Assembly: GCA_964019335.1 (NCBI GenBank)
Contig: OZ025653.1
Coordinates: forward strand, 310,001-374,000
Source of the DNA: Diplonema japonicum
Lineage: Eukaryota; Protista; Euglenozoa: Diplonemea
Direction: 5' to 3'
Length of the DNA: 64,000 nt
Shown here piece after piece: positions 62,142 through 64,000 of the stretch (position 1 is its first letter; each line of letters opens with the position of its first letter). A program made the position numbers and the translations under genes. Below the pieces are notes generated by a model. The model did no database searches, was not told where the DNA came from, and was given only the letters and a program-made list of their open reading frames with translations.

Positions 62142-63121
62142 AAGAAGCTACTGCTAATCCTGTAGACGGTAAGCTGAGACAAGGGGATAAGGCAAGTAAG
62201 TAAGCAAGTAATAAAGGCTAGCCTTCCATGAGAACGCTGCGGTACAACGCTTCTCTCTCTTCATTCCAAGTAGGCCTCTGGACCCTGTCCACCAGGTACA
62301 CCTGCGCCATGACCACGCACACAAACACAAAACAAACCACGAAAACCAACGCGTGTAACTTTGTTTCATTTTTTTTTTCTTCTCCCGCCCTAGCCTCAAC
62401 ATACAATATCAGCATCCCCCTGACCTGCCTTCGGTCGCGCTGTCTTTGTCTCAATGTCAACTATCACATCCTTCCGAGCAGCCTCCCTGCTTACCGCTTG
62501 ATTCATAGTTACCTTACCTGAGGGTTCATGACAAGAGAAAAAGAGAAGGAATTAAAAAAAAAGGGGGGGAAAGCAATAAGGGGATGAAAGAAAGATTCTG
62601 ACAAAGAAAAAAAAAGGGGGGTAAAGGGAGGGGGGAAGTAGTACAACAAAGGAAGAAACGGAGGAATAAAAAAAAGGGGGGGGGGAGGAGGAAGAAAAAA
62701 AAAGAAAAAGACAATACTTTTTCTTTTTTTTTTTATCGTCCACCCCTTGACACAGCAATGTATCATACCATACACTATTTAGTTTTCGAAGTAGAAAAAA
62801 AAGGGGGGGGGAGGAATTCGTTACTCTATAAAGGAGGAGAAAAGGGGGAGGGAACAAGTGAAGAACATGGAGAAAGGAAGAAGGAAAACAGGGGGGAAGA
62901 GAAAGAAAAAGAGAATTAGCTTTTGAAGCGTATGGGACTGGTAATGGCAGAGAGGGGGGGGGGGGGGGAGAAAAGAAGGAGGAACTGAGCCGTGTTGCTT
63001 GTCCGATTCGTTCTTGGAAAAAGTTGAAGAAAGTTCAAGGTGTCGCTCGAAGAAAAAGAAAAATGAAATGGCTTTGGCCCATTGGGCACAGTTACGAAAT
63101 AGCAAAGAAAAACAAAATTGC

Positions 63122-63153
<32 letters not shown>

Positions 63154-63735
63154 GGAGATGTTAGCAAAACGACGAACCAAGAGAACTGAAAACGGAAAAG
63201 TATGTTTTAAAAAAAGAAATGCATCCAGAGTTCTCAAGGAGGGCGCACAGTGACCGTATTATACTTTTTTTTTGTTGTTCTTTCTTATTATTATTTTTTT
63301 TTTTTTTATAGTGGAGGTCTCCAGTTTCAGAGACAGGAAACAAAATGAATATAAAAAAAAAAAAGTACTTTAATTTTAGTATTTTTAGTCGGGACCCATA
63401 ATCCAACCCTTAGACAAAACTGTTTGTCTATGTTGAGCTTCCTGCTTTCATTCCTTTGAATATGAAATGCTGTCACCGAGACTGGCACTCCAAGATTGTG
63501 TATCGATAAAGCTTTGCAATACTAAAATAAATTATGTTTGGATTTAAAAAAAAAATAGCAGAAACAGGGAAACGGAAGCAACAGGAGTAGGGAGAAAGAG
63601 AGAAGGGGATTAAAAAATGTAAAAAAAGAGAAAGAAAAAAAGAGAGAAAAAAAGAAAGTAACAGAAAAGGAAGGAGGAAAAAAAATACCCCGCAAAAAGA
63701 ATGAAAGGATGCGTAAGCTTAAAAAGAAGGAAAGG

Positions 63736-63771
<36 letters not shown>

Positions 63772-64000
63772 TGAAGAAAAAAACCAAGATGCTAGAAGAA
63801 CCAGACACCTTCCAAGGGTGGCCTTTTTTTTTCCCCCCTTATGCAGCTTGTTTTTCTTCTTTTTTCTTTCCCCCTCTTTCCTTTTTTTTTTGCAGCCCTC
63901 ACACTCTTTTTATTTTATTCAGGGGCAAAATAAAATAAAAAATAAAAAAGTTAACAACAACGAGGGGGGAATAATTATAAAGAAAGAGAGGAGGGGGGTT

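Noticed and set aside
62154-62529. Possible small spliced gene upstream of the Tudor-like gene
   Set aside because: Several GT/AG combinations are possible, but none gives a convincing protein, so it cannot be supported without transcripts.

Overview
Eukaryotic nuclear DNA with GC-rich exons separated by homopolymer-rich (A/T/G-run) spacers. All ~22 recognisable protein genes lie on the minus strand, some only 45-160 nt apart, and they carry tiny GT-AG introns, mostly 35-60 nt. This fits a polycistronic, trans-splicing euglenozoan that still cis-splices, most likely a diplonemid (inference). Splicing by eye joins many ORF-track fragments into single genes. Genes: kinase-LRR, MIR1-like and PIC2-like mitochondrial phosphate carriers, XRN1, galE, a GT8-like glycosyltransferase, a ~1607-aa multi-DOMON/cytochrome b561 protein, an ABHD17-like hydrolase, a GMC oxidoreductase, a RanBP2-finger protein, a double dCache receptor, bacterial-type cmk, two ankyrin-pseudokinases, prefoldin 5, F-box, IQ and coiled-coil proteins. 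The first 8.3 kb is a nest of mobile elements: APE-type LINE remnants, a MULE with tandem-repeat TIRs and SINE-like repeats. A Sola-like element with a provable target-site duplication sits at 43.9-44.9 kb. The best finding is a ~325-nt dispersed element headed by an apparently intact HDV-like self-cleaving ribozyme (24035-24168, minus). It lies in sense orientation inside an intron, and a catalytically crippled sister copy lies just downstream of the XRN1 stop codon. Also notable: a kinase fused to 20 near-identical 25-aa LRRs that vary mainly at two di-residue positions, and tandem ankyrin-pseudokinases with divergent N-termini but an identical Tyr-rich C-terminal half.
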